A stretch of DNA of 64,000 bases from Macrostomum hystrix (GCA_950097015.1 CATNEN010000032.1:2790001-2854000); one strand, 5' to 3'; numbered from the stretch's first letter, positions 48,088-60,643 are shown. Translations and numbers: made by a program. Notes: a model not told the origin generated them from the letters alone.

Positions 48088-49990
48088 ATTTTTATCGTGT
48101 TTTCACCAAAAAGTGTCAATTCCTCCAAGGATTAGACCGATCAAATTTCATCATTCCGTCTCAATGCCAAGGGTATTAAATATTTCGAAAAACAAGTTTT
48201 CCTATTCCTAGGGCCGGACACTGACAATTTTATTGCATCTGTGCTTTTTTTCGCGTGCATTGAGATTGCACAGAACAGGGCCCGATACTCTCAACTGAAT
48301 AGAATTGCGTCACTGCTTTTGGAACCCGTACGTGCGTTAATAAATTTTTCTTTTGGCTGATTGAGTGATTTGATTTGAATAAGTAAAACGTACGAGTACA
48401 TATCAGATTGGGCTTTTATGATGCTCAATGCTAGCGAGACCTCTACTGCTCCTTTCAATCCATAATCCATTTCAGCCTTTATATTGTCAAACCCGGTGAT
48501 GATTGTCGGCGATATGGAGAGTACTTCCGTGCTTGCCAATCCCTATCTAACACTCCGTCAGCAGTTGGCCAGACGTACCGAGCTCAGCGCAAGCTACTTA
48601 TTGACGTGGGATTGAGTGTGGGGTTTTCTTCGACTAGCTAGTTGGACCGGTTTACCTGTCCCGGTATCTATTACTAGGATGCGTAACAACGATTGCAACG
48701 AAAGACGCACGAAAATACACACGAAAAGACACACGACGATAGAATCAAAATGACAACGCAATAGTCAGTTATATAGTCAAGCGCCCGCCCCAACCCTCAT
48801 CAAGGCCTGGGTGCCGGCCGCGCCGCTTGTTCTTCTGCCAGGTCGACCCTGCCGTTTAACGAACTGGCTGCTGATTGGCCCGGCCCGGGGTATCGCGCTT
48901 AAGTCGGTTCGCATCAATTTGGCTAGCCGTCCTCCTATTGGCTGGGCCCACCAGACCGGGGTTAGTCCGACGCCTTGGCTGTAGAGCAGGGTGACCGGCT
49001 GATCGCGTGCATAGGCCTGGCTGGCGCGCACGTACAAAAACAACCCTATAACATACATTATAATAATTCATTGATGTTGAGTGCGCGAATATGTTACTTC
49101 AAGTAGAAATATACGCATTATAAAATAAACATGCCGACACTACAGCGTTGCTGCAACTTTTATCATATTCAGAAATCTAAAAAAATTGTTGAGCACAGCT
49201 ACAAGCGTTATAAATTTTTTATTTTAACATTTTTTCAAGCCTTGCTTCAAGCGTTATTCGATTAAAAACTTAATGAAGACTGTTCGAGCATGCGTAGCTT
49301 CTACCGTTATTCGATGCTAAAACTAAGGAAAAGTTTTTTGAGTATAGCTGCATGCGTTATCAGATGCAGAACTAGAACTATGTTTAGCATTGCTAAAAGC
49401 GATATTCATTTTTTAAACAATTTTTTTCAAGCATTGCTTTAAGCGTTATTCAATTTAAAACTTAATGAAGACTGATAGGGCATACGTAGCTTTTAGCATC
49501 ATTTTTTTAAACTTAAGAAAACCGTTTTGAGCATTGCTGCAATCGATATTACGCTCGTAGATTCAAGACTAAGAGAAAAATGTAACCAACAACGAGTGGC
49601 GAAATTCTTTTTAACATTACATTTTTAAATTATGCGTTTTTAGCAGAGAAGCAATCTTTGTTTTTCCATAGAAGCCAAATTCTTATTTCGATTTCTTATA
49701 GAGATAGCATGAGATTTCCAGGAGAAAAAAGAAATTTCTACGGGATAAAATAATGCTTTGAAGGTATTTCAGATTTTTTCAAGAGGATCGCATGTTTATA
49801 GAGTGGGATAGCATGTTTTTCTCGAAGGAGTAGCATGAATTATCGACGGAATAGCATAAATTATCGAAGATGAAGCATGAATTATCGAAGGGAAGCATGA
49901 ATTATCGAAGGGAAGCATGAATTATCGAAGGGAAGCATGAATTATCAAAAGGGAAAGTGTGAAATATCGAGGGGAAGAATAACTTAGCGA
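48088..49990 (+). repeat. Further copy of the modular repeat; head (48088-48494) and arrays (49060-49990) are separated by a GC-rich ~550-bp insert
   Basis: The head matches 45220-45630; the arrays show the same AT-rich then 20-bp order. Confidence 0.72.
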
Positions 49991-49993
49991 GAG

Positions 49994-50025
49994 TAACTTA
50001 ACTTAACTTAACTTAACTTAACTTA
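49994..50025. repeat. (AACTT)6 microsatellite
   Basis: Directly visible. Confidence 0.95.
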
Positions 50026-50125
50026 CCGGCCGTTAACTGCTTTCTACACTCCGAGCGGCTTGATGCAGTCAGGCAACATGCTGTCAGCCTTCTGCGCGGC
50101 CAGCTGGGACATTCTGCTGCCCTAC
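50025..50125 (+). mobile_element. 101-bp mosaic of Gypsy RT and integrase fragments, same family as 17236..22330
   Basis: 50025-50069 equals the reverse complement of 19960-20004 (45/45). 50071-50125 matches the reverse complement of 18251-18314 with 3 substitutions and a 9-bp deletion. Confidence 0.92.
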
Positions 50126-50126
50126 C

Positions 50127-50344
50127 GTTTTCTAAATGTGTCCAACAGTTTTCTAAATGTGTCCAACAGTTTTCTAAATGTGTCCAACGGTTTTCTAAAT
50201 GTGTCCAACAGTTTTCTAAATGTGTCCAACGGTTTTCTAAATGTGTCCAACAGTTTTCTAAATGTGTCCAACGGTTTTCTAAATGTGTCCAACGGTTTTC
50301 TAAATGTGTCCAACAGTTTTCTAAATGTGTCCAACAGTTTTCTA
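50127..50344. repeat. 21-bp minisatellite GTTTTCTAAATGTGTCCAAC(A/G), 10 full copies plus a partial
   Basis: Period 21 from 50127 to 50337. Confidence 0.98.
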
Positions 50345-50363
50345 CATTGGTAGACGGGACATA

Positions 50364-50868
50364 GGGGACATTGGTTGTCTGCTGCTGAGGGGACATTGGT
50401 TGTCTGCTGCTGAGGGGACATTGGTTGTCTGCTGCTGAGGGGACATTGGTTGTCTGCTGCTGAGGGGACATTGGTTGTCTGCTGCTGAGGGGACATTGGT
50501 TGTCTGCTGCTGAGGGGACATTGGCTGTCTGCTGCTGAGGGGACATTGGTTGTCTGCTGCTGAGGGGACATTGGCTGTCTGCTGCTGAGGGGACATTGGC
50601 TGTCTGCTGCTGAGGGAACATTGGCTGTCTGCTGCTGAGGGGACATTGGCTGTCTGCTGCTGAGGGAACATTGGCTGTCTGCTGCTGAGGGGACATTGGT
50701 TGTCTGCTGCTGAGGGGACATTGGTTGTCTGCTGCTGAGGGGACATTGGCTGTCTGCTGCTGAGGGGACATTGGCTGTCTGCTGCTGAGGGAACATTGGC
50801 TGTCTGCTGCTGAGGGGACATTGGCTGTCTGCTGCTGAGGGGACATTGGTTGTCTGCTGCTGAGGGGA
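50364..50868. repeat. 25-bp minisatellite GGG(G/A)ACATTGG(T/C)TGTCTGCTGCTGA, 20 copies
   Basis: Period 25 from 50364 to 50864. Confidence 0.98.
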
Positions 50869-53800
50869 TAGTAGTCGCATGTACTGTAGTGGCATTAAGC
50901 TGAGTAGTATCGAAAGTAAGTTTATTTTGTAATTTTGCCCCAATGGGGCTCTTGGTGTACAGACCGAATGTCTCAGAATGTATTCGAGCTCAGACTAACC
51001 ATTTTTATATTTAGTGAGAATTCAAATTCTCGCTGAATCACAATCACGAATGTTCGCAATCAGGCAAATTCATACTGACGAAATGAGTTTTCGTTTTTGT
51101 TTACTTTTAGGTGGGTTTTGTCCTTCTGCATTACACAAGATTTTTTTATCTCAACAGTAAGGGGGGCTAACCCCGTTGGGGCTTTGTGTGCTTGTAAAGA
51201 ACACTAACAACTACACGGCATTGGGGCCTTAGGCCTTCTCGGGTCCTTAGCACTTCTTAGATGTCACAAAAAACTCAAAACGACAAACACTGCGCCCACA
51301 CGCGCGCACTGAGCTTGATTGCTAACTTTAAAAAATTGCGTACACATGTAGGGAGAGTGGGAGTGGCTGGACAACAAATAATAGCGCTAGGGCGTACGAA
51401 GCGATTTTAAGAATGCCTCATACAAGAAAAGCGAGTTTGAATTTCCAACTTGAGTTCTGACAGTCGACAACTGACTGCCTCAATCCCCACACGCAAAATA
51501 GACTTCCCACGACCGCATTGAAAAGTACTTAGTTTTTTATTCCAAATGCACTATCATGCTATAACAATGGTGCGATTAACTGACTATTCACAGATGCGTT
51601 TTATAAAAAAAAGCTTAAAAAGCCGAGGTTACATAGTAAGTTAGTCAAGTCAAGTACGTCTAAAAGGCTCTTGCAGGGACGCTTCTCAAATCCAAGCGTT
51701 GCGCCAACTAGCCAGCGCGATCAGGCTGGCGGTGGTGGCGCAGAATCCAACTGCGGCGGCCAAACAAAACACCCCTAGCAACCGTTGCCAGGTGGGTGAC
51801 GCGGAATTGGAAGCAGCCTCTCTATCGATGATTCTCCATTCTCTGCGGGTTTTTGTCAGCAAAAATGAAGAAAATATTCACCTGATGGATCAGAAGTTCT
51901 ATTTGCTCACCGATTCATTTTTTTCAAGCAGCTTGGATTTTTTAACTTTGCTACCAGAGGCTTAACAGATTAAATGCGTGGGGAATTAAATACGTGGCCA
52001 AATCCTCACGCACAGCGGTGTGCGGTGCTCAAGGTAACCTATGTAGGGAGAAGCTCAGGAGTAGCTACCGTTTTCTCTGGGCCAGCTGTTGCATGCACTG
52101 TGCATTCAGTGCGCACAAATTCATTGCAGTGTCGTGTGCTCAGGACACTTCACTCATTTGAGCCTAAATACACTTCTCTACATTGCTATTATCCCTATAC
52201 ACACCTTCGTGTCCAGTTCTATCTGATTTCATGCGTTGATCCCATGCACATTTTGTCCACGAACAGTTGGGGTCAATGTACGGATTGGCGCGAAATTACT
52301 ACGATTTCGTCAATATGCATCGTAAATTTATAGTTGTAATTTCTGTCACATGGCGATGGATCTCTCCTATAAAGAACTATGCATGATTTTTGCCACAAAG
52401 GCGGAAATGGTAGCCATCAGACTCTGCATGACGGCTCAATATTGTGGTTTCTGGTATGAATGAAAGTTATAGGTATCTAAAGACAGCGTGTTTGCAAAAT
52501 GCCTTGCAAATCAACTGAAAGCACGAGTCAAAAGCGAATCGTCGCATGTAAATATTGCATGCGTGTGTGACGTTGTCACTTACTGCAAGAGCCCCTATGA
52601 AGTTTAAATTTATGTGGTACTGAATTGGGCCGTTTAACAAATGTAATTACGCTGTCACCAACTTTGCAAGTCCGTATATTTCTTAGCTTGTTACTGTAAG
52701 TAAACGCCAACGCACATCGCGCTATCCCTAAACTTATCTCGCAGTTGTCAATTCTCTCAGCCAATGAGCGAGCGTGCGTGCTCCGTTTCTCTAGATTATC
52801 GATCGCCCTGTTTTTACCGCGGGCTAGCTTATTTAACTAGGCTCCCTGGGCCCGCCCGTGCCACAACCGGCCCACCCCTTTTGTCACTGCTCTTGTCCCG
52901 GCCACTGTTACTTTCACTGCAACCTACTTAACCACTGTTCCGCCGAGTGTTCGTTCTGTCATTACCTATCTACTGTCATCCGCTGTCTTCTCTATTGCAT
53001 CGTCATCATTGAGCTCCTGCACCTGACTTTAATTATATTGCTTGTCGTGTGTCTCAGTGATAATAAATAAAGATAAAGTGCTACCGCTACACTAGATTAC
53101 GCGAACTCTGGACTCTAATTGGAATATTGAACTTCCGCCTGACTCTGTCTGCCGTTAATTTCGTCACACGTGCTTGGGATCGGCCCAACTGCTTCAAGGT
53201 GGCTGATTTTCAGCGCATTTTATATGCACATTTACTTGGTATAGTGTATCCTGTGGTTTCCTTTTATTGTACAGCTGTTAATGCTAGGCACACAGGAATG
53301 TTTTTCATTTCTTATAAACCCAACAAATTTGTTATAGAGTTAAGTCGAACCAAAAAGATACTTTTTGATATCGGGTCATTGTCCAAGACTCGAACTCCAA
53401 GCTGAAATAGATGTGGGTGTAACTTGTAAAACTTGTTACCGATAAAGGTTCAATGATGGAATTGTCAAATCAGTCAAGGATAGTCTTAATTTAATGCCAT
53501 TCAGTACTATTTTTTTGTTTTATGATTGCCCAATATCTAGAGTGATTCAAATGGAGTCTAAAAACTATTTTTGTAAGATTTGGCGCTTTTATCAAAAAGT
53601 TTTTAAGCTTGCCTAACTTAAAATTGACCCAGTACTAGCCACAGAAACTCCACAGAATGCTGAATCGCCTATGCTGTGAGGGATGTGATGCTGAATATAC
53701 CAATATTGATAGGCTGCAGAGGGCTGAAACGAGGTAAAACGTCGAGAAGGCGCGTAGCGAAAGCTAACTACAACTCCATAGCGGCTTCCTGTGAATTTTC

Positions 53801-54167
53801 TGTGGTGCTAACCTTTAACCTTTGCTTCTATTTCAAAATCGTGCCCATTTACGGCCCATAGACCAAGTAATGTACGGTAATTCTTTTTCGGAAAAAGGCC
53901 TCGACGCATAGGAATGGCTTACTAAGGCAAAGTAAGATATTGAACAATGACAGAAATACCAATGATCTGCTGGGCGAAAATGGCGAATCCCCGGCCCCTG
54001 ATTATCAAATTTACGCCCTTAAAGCATTGGGTATGCACGAGTGAGTGGATAAAAAATCGGCCTCCATTTTTTCTGATTTTTTAGAATTTTCCGTGTCCCG
54101 TAATTTTCAATCGACTACCTTGTAAGAAACTTTAAACAAAGTTCCTTCAGAAAAGTACAAATCTTGC

Positions 54168-54314
54168 GGGGGTTGTAGCCTATAGTGGTTAGAGAGTTGG
54201 ACTCTCGACTTAAACGACTTCTATTCTTGACTTTGCAGTGGAACAATATGAGTCCTTTAGCAATACACGTAACTCTGCGTTGCTTCAGCTAAACCAGCTG
54301 TTGAATGGTGTACC
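54168..54314 (+). mobile_element. Degenerate tRNA-derived SINE
   Basis: A-box-like TAGCCTATAGTGGTTAG head and decayed B-box region. The body GTCCTTTAGCAATACACGTAAC..TTGCTTCAG..CCAGCTGTTGAATGG..TACC resembles the conserved central segment of metazoan SINEs (from recall, not searched). Confidence 0.5.
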
Positions 54315-57300
54315 AATATCAGCTGGGTGATTGAAGGTGTGTGTGGCGTCCCCACAGTCCATGGACTGAACAGTCATAAGTAGCCTTCCCTGATGCACCG
54401 CGCGACAGCTGCGTCGGTGCTGTCGGTTGCACATCTGGCCCAATTGGGGCAGGTGAATTCGATTTTTATTGAAGACCAACGAGAATTTAGTCACGAAGTA
54501 CTCTAAGGCCTGAGGACCTCGTTATGTATATTGGTTAACAATTGGTGTGTGTCGGTGGGTGGGCTCAGTATAGCTCTTTAGAGTTGGACTCTTGAATTTT
54601 TTTAGACAATGTTTTCCAAGTTCCAAGTTTCAATAACCGAGGGACCTGAGCGGGTCCGGTCCCGAAAGGGTGACAGACTGCAGCAGAGTGCAGTCACAAC
54701 AACCACTTTCCCTCCTCGTTCTTGGTGGCGGGCCACATTGGAATGGGGATTCCCAAGAGTTCGCATCCTACCCTACCACTGTGACATGCCAACTGAAGAG
54801 GCATCTAGCATTACAACGGCCGGGCTGTACATTCTAGCGTTCTGCGGCCTCCAGACACGCGCCTTCTCGCCCGGTGCGAAATTTAGCGGCGGCAACCGCT
54901 TCGGTTCCGGCTTTCTATATGTATCGATGCTGCTAATTTCGGCTGCCCGCAGTGGAGTCGCTATCTTTCACCCGAGCATCAGTTTTGCCGAAAAAGGCAA
55001 GAGAACGCGTGGCAAGTTGCCCTGTAGGCCTCCGCTGTCAACTCTAAAGCCCATACAAAGTAAACCGCTGGATATCGCCGATGTCCTAGTCCGTAGTGAT
55101 TTGGGTGAAGAGGTGAGAGATACCGGCAGAGGGACCTGAAGCGAGTCGGCAGAGTGCAGCCGCGACATACTTACAGAGTGCTGTCACAACAATCGATAGT
55201 AAATTTTATTCCATTTAACTTAAAAGTATGTAAATTAACATATATGCATCCAAGCAGGCCACCCAAATGATGCCGTAAACAATACTCATTGATAGATTGA
55301 CACCAAAGAATATAAAGGTTGCGTCTAAAAAGCGCGAATTTGGCGAAGTTACGGCGCATCCATTGTTGCGCAAACGGGGTCTCACATGCTGCCTACATAT
55401 TGCTGTCAGCTGTTCGTTGTGGTGAGTTGATTTTTTCACTATTAAACTATTAGCGATACCGAAATTATAAGAAGCGATCGGCGAATTTAATTTATAATAA
55501 AGTAGGGTTGTGCTTATCCTGGAATCTTCAGCAGCAGTATATTCTTCATTGTGTTAGCTTTGGTACGAGCTATGTATCACGAATTTGTTAATATTTAAAA
55601 AACTTTTTAACATCTTCATAACAGTCGCGGCATGCGCGTGCGCAATCGTCACTCACCCTATAATCCTGCGCACACATAGGGAAGAAATGAGAACAGATAT
55701 GTGGTTTCGTAAGTGCTTATTCAAAAGAAAAATTTATGTTTAGAAGATTCAAATACTTAAAAATTAATGTCAATTAGTCGTGGTCAGTATACCCTAGGCT
55801 TTTGTTTTTAATAATTTAAATTAATTCTTGTGTGCCATGTATATCCATGTATGGTCAGTATGGATTGTATGACATTACATTTATTTGGCATGTCGTGTCA
55901 TGTCTAGACCATTATCCTAGCCTTTAAAAAGCATAGAATGTACAGCATATCAAGAATAACACCAAACTTCTCGACATATTTGCAATGGTTAAAAATAGCT
56001 AATTGTTAGGCCTATTTTATACTTTGTATTTCAGTGTGTCTAGAGTCTGCTTTTTGTCAATTTTCACTGATTGCATCTGATATTTGACAATAGAAAATAA
56101 TTTGTTTCTTTCTTTGAATCTAATACATTTGTTTTTATAATAGTGTAAGGACAAAAATACACTAGTACAAACCATGGTAGGTGACCCCCTTTTTGTAGGA
56201 TGACCTAAAATATTGCAAAGGGGAACCAGGTAAATTTTTCACCGAAACAGCCCTTGAACCCTATCTGCCACTTGTCCAAGATGATTCACCTTTGGTTACC
56301 CGCCTTTGGAAAATCCTAGTTGCACCATTGGATATAAATAGGCCTATGGAGAGGAGAAGGCTTTCACTGCCTTTGGTAGGGAAAAAAGCTCAAGTTTGAG
56401 TTTGACTCACATGCAACGAAGAGTTTGGTTAGTTCCCTTATAAATTGAATATATAACCCTGGTTATATCAATAAAATTTTTATGTGCCTATAAAATTTAT
56501 ACTTAGCTATTATAATTTCTAGCTTTTCAGTTAATTCTTACTTTTTATATTGTACTAGGCCTAGGGCTATTTTATAATATTTAATATCCCACTGAATGCC
56601 ACCAAAGTTGTGCTAGGGGTAATAAGATAATATAGGCCTATAAAAAATCCTACTGCTGTTACCAATCTTGTCCTAGTGCTAATTACTATACTAACTTTAC
56701 TTTCAGAAAGTCTCAGAGAATGTTATATATATTAAATATATATTAAATAATTTCTTGGTAGGCCCTAGCATATTTTGTCTGGTAGCATATTTAGTTATTC
56801 TGAGTATGTATTCAGTTATTCTGAGTATCACATTTAGTTAGTCTAGGTAGCATGTTTAGTTATTCTGGCTGATTACTTTATTGTATATATTTATTTCTGA
56901 GAATAGGCTTTCCGAAGAGCATTACCAATGATCTCAAGTATACAGTAATACTTTCTATTTCTCTCTCTCTCTCTTGAATATTTCTTAGTATTCGTCTCTG
57001 TAGGCCCTGTGTTTTATAAAGAATGAAAGAACACAGTTCTGAGTATTGTATACAAACATTGTTTCAGACTGCATCAAACATTGTTAGTTTATCCCTCAAT
57101 ACCACTCCTGTATTTGTACTAAATTTGTATCATTTTGAACAAAATAATTATAGCACATTCAAACAAATTAACTTCGCATTAAAACAAACTATTTACAAAT
57201 TTACACAATTTACACATTAAAAATATATATATACAAAGAAAAGTTGCAGATTTTCAATTTTACTATTACAGTCTACATCAATATTAAGTTAAAGAAGCCT

Positions 57301-58666
57301 ATTTAGTTTTTATTTATAATTAGGGAGCCTTGAAAATAATATATTTAGGCCTAAAATGTTTATATAATTCCTTGAATATATATACAGTGCTTTAAACTCA
57401 CTAGTATTTAGTAGCTATATTTGAATTGGTAAGTATGCCTTGGTTTAGTTTTTTTAATTAAAGTCTTAATTGTGTTTCCAGACTGGTATGAGAAACCATT
57501 TTAATTCTATTAAAAAAATTGCCATTAAGCCTTAATTATTTTCTTAGCCAAATAATATTAATAATATGTATATATAATATTACGAGTATATATAATATTA
57601 TAATATAATATAATATAGCTGACTATATATATATATTTTTATATATAATAATAAATAATATAACATTAATTTCATTTAATGTTATATATGTTTACATGTT
57701 ATATATTTTTACAAACTTTTGACTCAGTTTGGCCTATCTATATTGGAGTAATTATACCAAAGTGCTTTGGTTTTATCATATTTATTGCAAGAGTAACACT
57801 ATATTCATGGCCAAAAAATAAAACAAATGGTCTTTTTCTGGCTAACAAGCCTACCAATGGACTGTAAAAGTCTATTGATCTAGATATAAAATTTGTATCA
57901 TGGAACCTGCTCTTGTTGCACTTATAAAATAGGCAATCCAAAGTAATATTAGGTAAAGCACACTTCATTCTATACAAAATTTGGGTTAAGCTATCTATCT
58001 ATACAAAAAAGTTCCACAAACCTACATTTTTAAAGTCTCTCTTATCTTTCCTTAAAACCCCAGTTGTTTCTTACTTATCTTCTTGGCTTCCATCAGTCAT
58101 ATTGTTTTACCAATTCCAAAAATATTTAGCAATCTGTCACTCATCCATAAAGTTTGTTATTGCAAATGACTGTTCACTAGTTAGTTGTCTCTGAAAGTGC
58201 AAAGTGGGCAAGTCAAGTGCAGCACAAACCCCGAAATGATAATTGATTTGCATTAATTAGAAAAACATTCTGGTAGCTGTGCCAGAGCTAACAGACAGAA
58301 TCTAGAGTGACACTGCATCCAAACATCCTTGAGTTGAGAGCTCTCTCCAGTTTTTCTTGCTCACACTCGAGATCACATAATTAATGTTCGATGTTGTATA
58401 GGTGCACATGTGCTGCATACACTGTCCACAGTAGTATTCCCAGTGCTAGCAGCAGTCAAGTGTTAACTTTTATTATTCCGGGTCACTCATCGGCCAGCTC
58501 TATTTACTATCCAGACTGTCGGGCCTCTGTCATTGGCTCACTCTTAGGTGCCGGTTGTCCCTCCAGGGTATCGTTCCCCCACCCTCCAGGCATCCGATCT
58601 ATCCTTTATTCCGAAAGTTCCTGCACTCCCCTTTACAAAGCTGGACAGGCCAGAGTTTCTGTTCAG

Positions 58667-60643
58667 CAACGCTGCTAAAAGATCAGCTTTCGCGAATCAG
58701 TCTAAGTACCCTGGAAACTATTTCAATGAAAATTGAACTCGAACTGTGAGCAAGACTTCACCGGGGCCTCCTTGCCAAGGCCCTGGCAGGGCAAGTTGGC
58801 TATGCAGCAGCAGCAGCATCTGCATGCCTGCAGCAACTCGACTGGACGGCTGCAGCAGGCGAGTCAGCTGCTACTCCAACGAGTGGCTACCACCGATGCC
58901 GATCGGCAGCGCCTCGCTGAAGATGTTCAACGATGCCGCCGGGATCTGGTAGTCTCCGGGCTGCTGGCGCTGCCCACGCCCGCGCGTGGACTTTGCGGTT
59001 CCGTTGGCACTAGTAAAAGGCAACAAGCAGCTGCCTGCAGCGGCGATAGAAGTCCAGGAAGAAATGGTGGCGGCGCCGTAGGACGCGGCTCGGTTGATCT
59101 GTCCCATTTCCGACCAGCTTACTGGGCCCGGCGTCGCTCAGGTCGTCCGGACGTGCGGCCGCTGCTGACGCACTCGGACGCTCAGGAGGCGGCCTCGGCG
59201 GCAAAATTTCCAGCCGCTCTGCGCCTGCTTGAATCCGCCGAGTCTCTGGCCGAACCGTCGGCTGTCCGCACCGCGCAGGCGCTCTTGCTGCGCTGCATTG
59301 GCGGCGGTCCGCTCTGCAGCGAGCTCTGCCTGCTGCTTATTCGCCAGACCACATGCGACTGGCAGTCTGCCGCCTGCGAGCGCGCCTTCCGCCTGCTCTG
59401 CGCCCTGTGTGCCGTGGCGGCTCCAGCCTCGCCTCCCGTCCTTGCCTACCTGCGCTGCCACCTGGACCGAGCGGCACTGGAGGGCCACACGGAGGCTGGC
59501 CGGTGCGCCCAGTTCTGCCTGCGCTGCCTCAATCGCTGCCTGCTGCCCGGCCGACCGCCTCGGCTTTGCCCGCCATCGGCGCCGGAGCTTCTGGCGCTTT
59601 ATCGACGCGCCGCCGCGTCGGCGTCAGTTCAGCTGCCAGATGGGGATCAGCGCCGGTTGGATTATCACGCCCGCCTCACAGGCTCCGAGGCGCTGTCTGT
59701 TGTGCTGACTCGCATCCCCTTAGCCGCCTCCGCTGTGGGCTGGGCCTTGTATGAGCAGTTCGGCAGACTAGAGCGGCCCACCGGGCCCCAGGATTACATT
59801 GGCGATGTCCTTTTCCGCTGGGAGCGGCTCTGCCAACTGGCCGGACCAACTGGCATGGTTGGTCCCGTTCGCCTGGTATGCCGGAAGCGCCTGTTTGTGC
59901 CGCCCCTCATTGGAGCCGGAGATCGCGCCGAGGCTGCTCTGCTGGCCCATCAGTGCCTCGGCGACGTCTATGACGGCCTGCTCCCGTTGGACGTCCGGCT
60001 GGCGGCTCAGCTGTGCGGCATTCGGGCCGTCCGTGAAGCTTCTTCACCTACGGCCGCTCTGCGCATCCTGCCCCTGGCCTGGCGTGATCGAGTCACGCCC
60101 CGGCGAGTGGCAGCCGCGGCAGCAACCGCCACAGCAGCCTGCTCCGCCGACGGCGCCAGCGACGCCGACCAACGGTACGCACTCGACCGGATGCTCATCG
60201 ACGCCTGCTCGCGCTCCTGCAAGCCTTTGTTTGGCTGCGCGCAATTCGAAGTTCGCGTACTCGCCGCGTCCGGCACCTGCGCCGTTGGCATCGCTTCCGC
60301 GGCTGGAGCTGTCGGCGGCGACGATGCGCCGCAGATTCTGGCCGTCGGCGAGTCTGGTATTCACGTACTACCTGGCACAGATCCTGCCCAGCCTCCTTGC
60401 CTCTCCTATTCGCTGGATTGTGTCCTGGCATTCGGCACTGAGGGCCGCCGGCTACTGCGGCTGCGCCTTCGTCAAGCTGGCGATCTGGCGCTGCAGTGCC
60501 GCAGGGCCCTCCACGCAGCCAGGCTGATTCGTGACTACCTGCTGCACCTAAAACTGCTAGCACCTGCTGATGCCGCCGATGCCTCCCCCGCCGTTGCTGC
60601 CTCTTCCTCCGCTGCCACTGCCGCCTTTGAAACACAACTTTAA
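58667..60643 (+). CDS. MyTH4-FERM domain protein (unconventional-myosin-tail or PLEKHH-like), divergent; last large exon about 58780..60643, probable small exon 58667..58745; 5' end unresolved
   Basis: 636-aa ORF with MyTH4-like ELCLLLIRQTT..AFRLLCALC..AQFCLRCL..PPSAPEL, followed by FERM-like QLPDG..GWALYE..IGDVLFRWE..LVCRKRLF..PLFG..ILAVGESGIHVL. Probable 34-bp GTGAG..AAG intron at 58746-58779 in matching phase. Confidence 0.75.

Noticed and set aside
48504-49053. GC-rich TG..CA segment that might be a solo LTR
   Set aside because: No matching TSD (TGAT versus TACA), no partner LTR, PBS or PPT in the window; left unclassified
50013-50943. Several 97-277 aa ORFs (MSPQQQT.., FLNVSN..)
   Set aside because: They are translations of the 21- and 25-bp minisatellites cycling through frames, with no evidence of coding function
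52570-53100. LTR-like stretch with a pyrimidine-rich body and AATAAA
   Set aside because: Ends and TSD could not be defined from the sequence alone
54168-54240. Possible tRNA gene
   Set aside because: Only the 5' half is tRNA-like. The B-box and acceptor stem are missing, and it continues into a SINE-like body.
54609-55139. 176-aa ORF flanked by short GAGGGACCTGA direct repeats
   Set aside because: No recognisable motif or splice support; probably a repeat fragment
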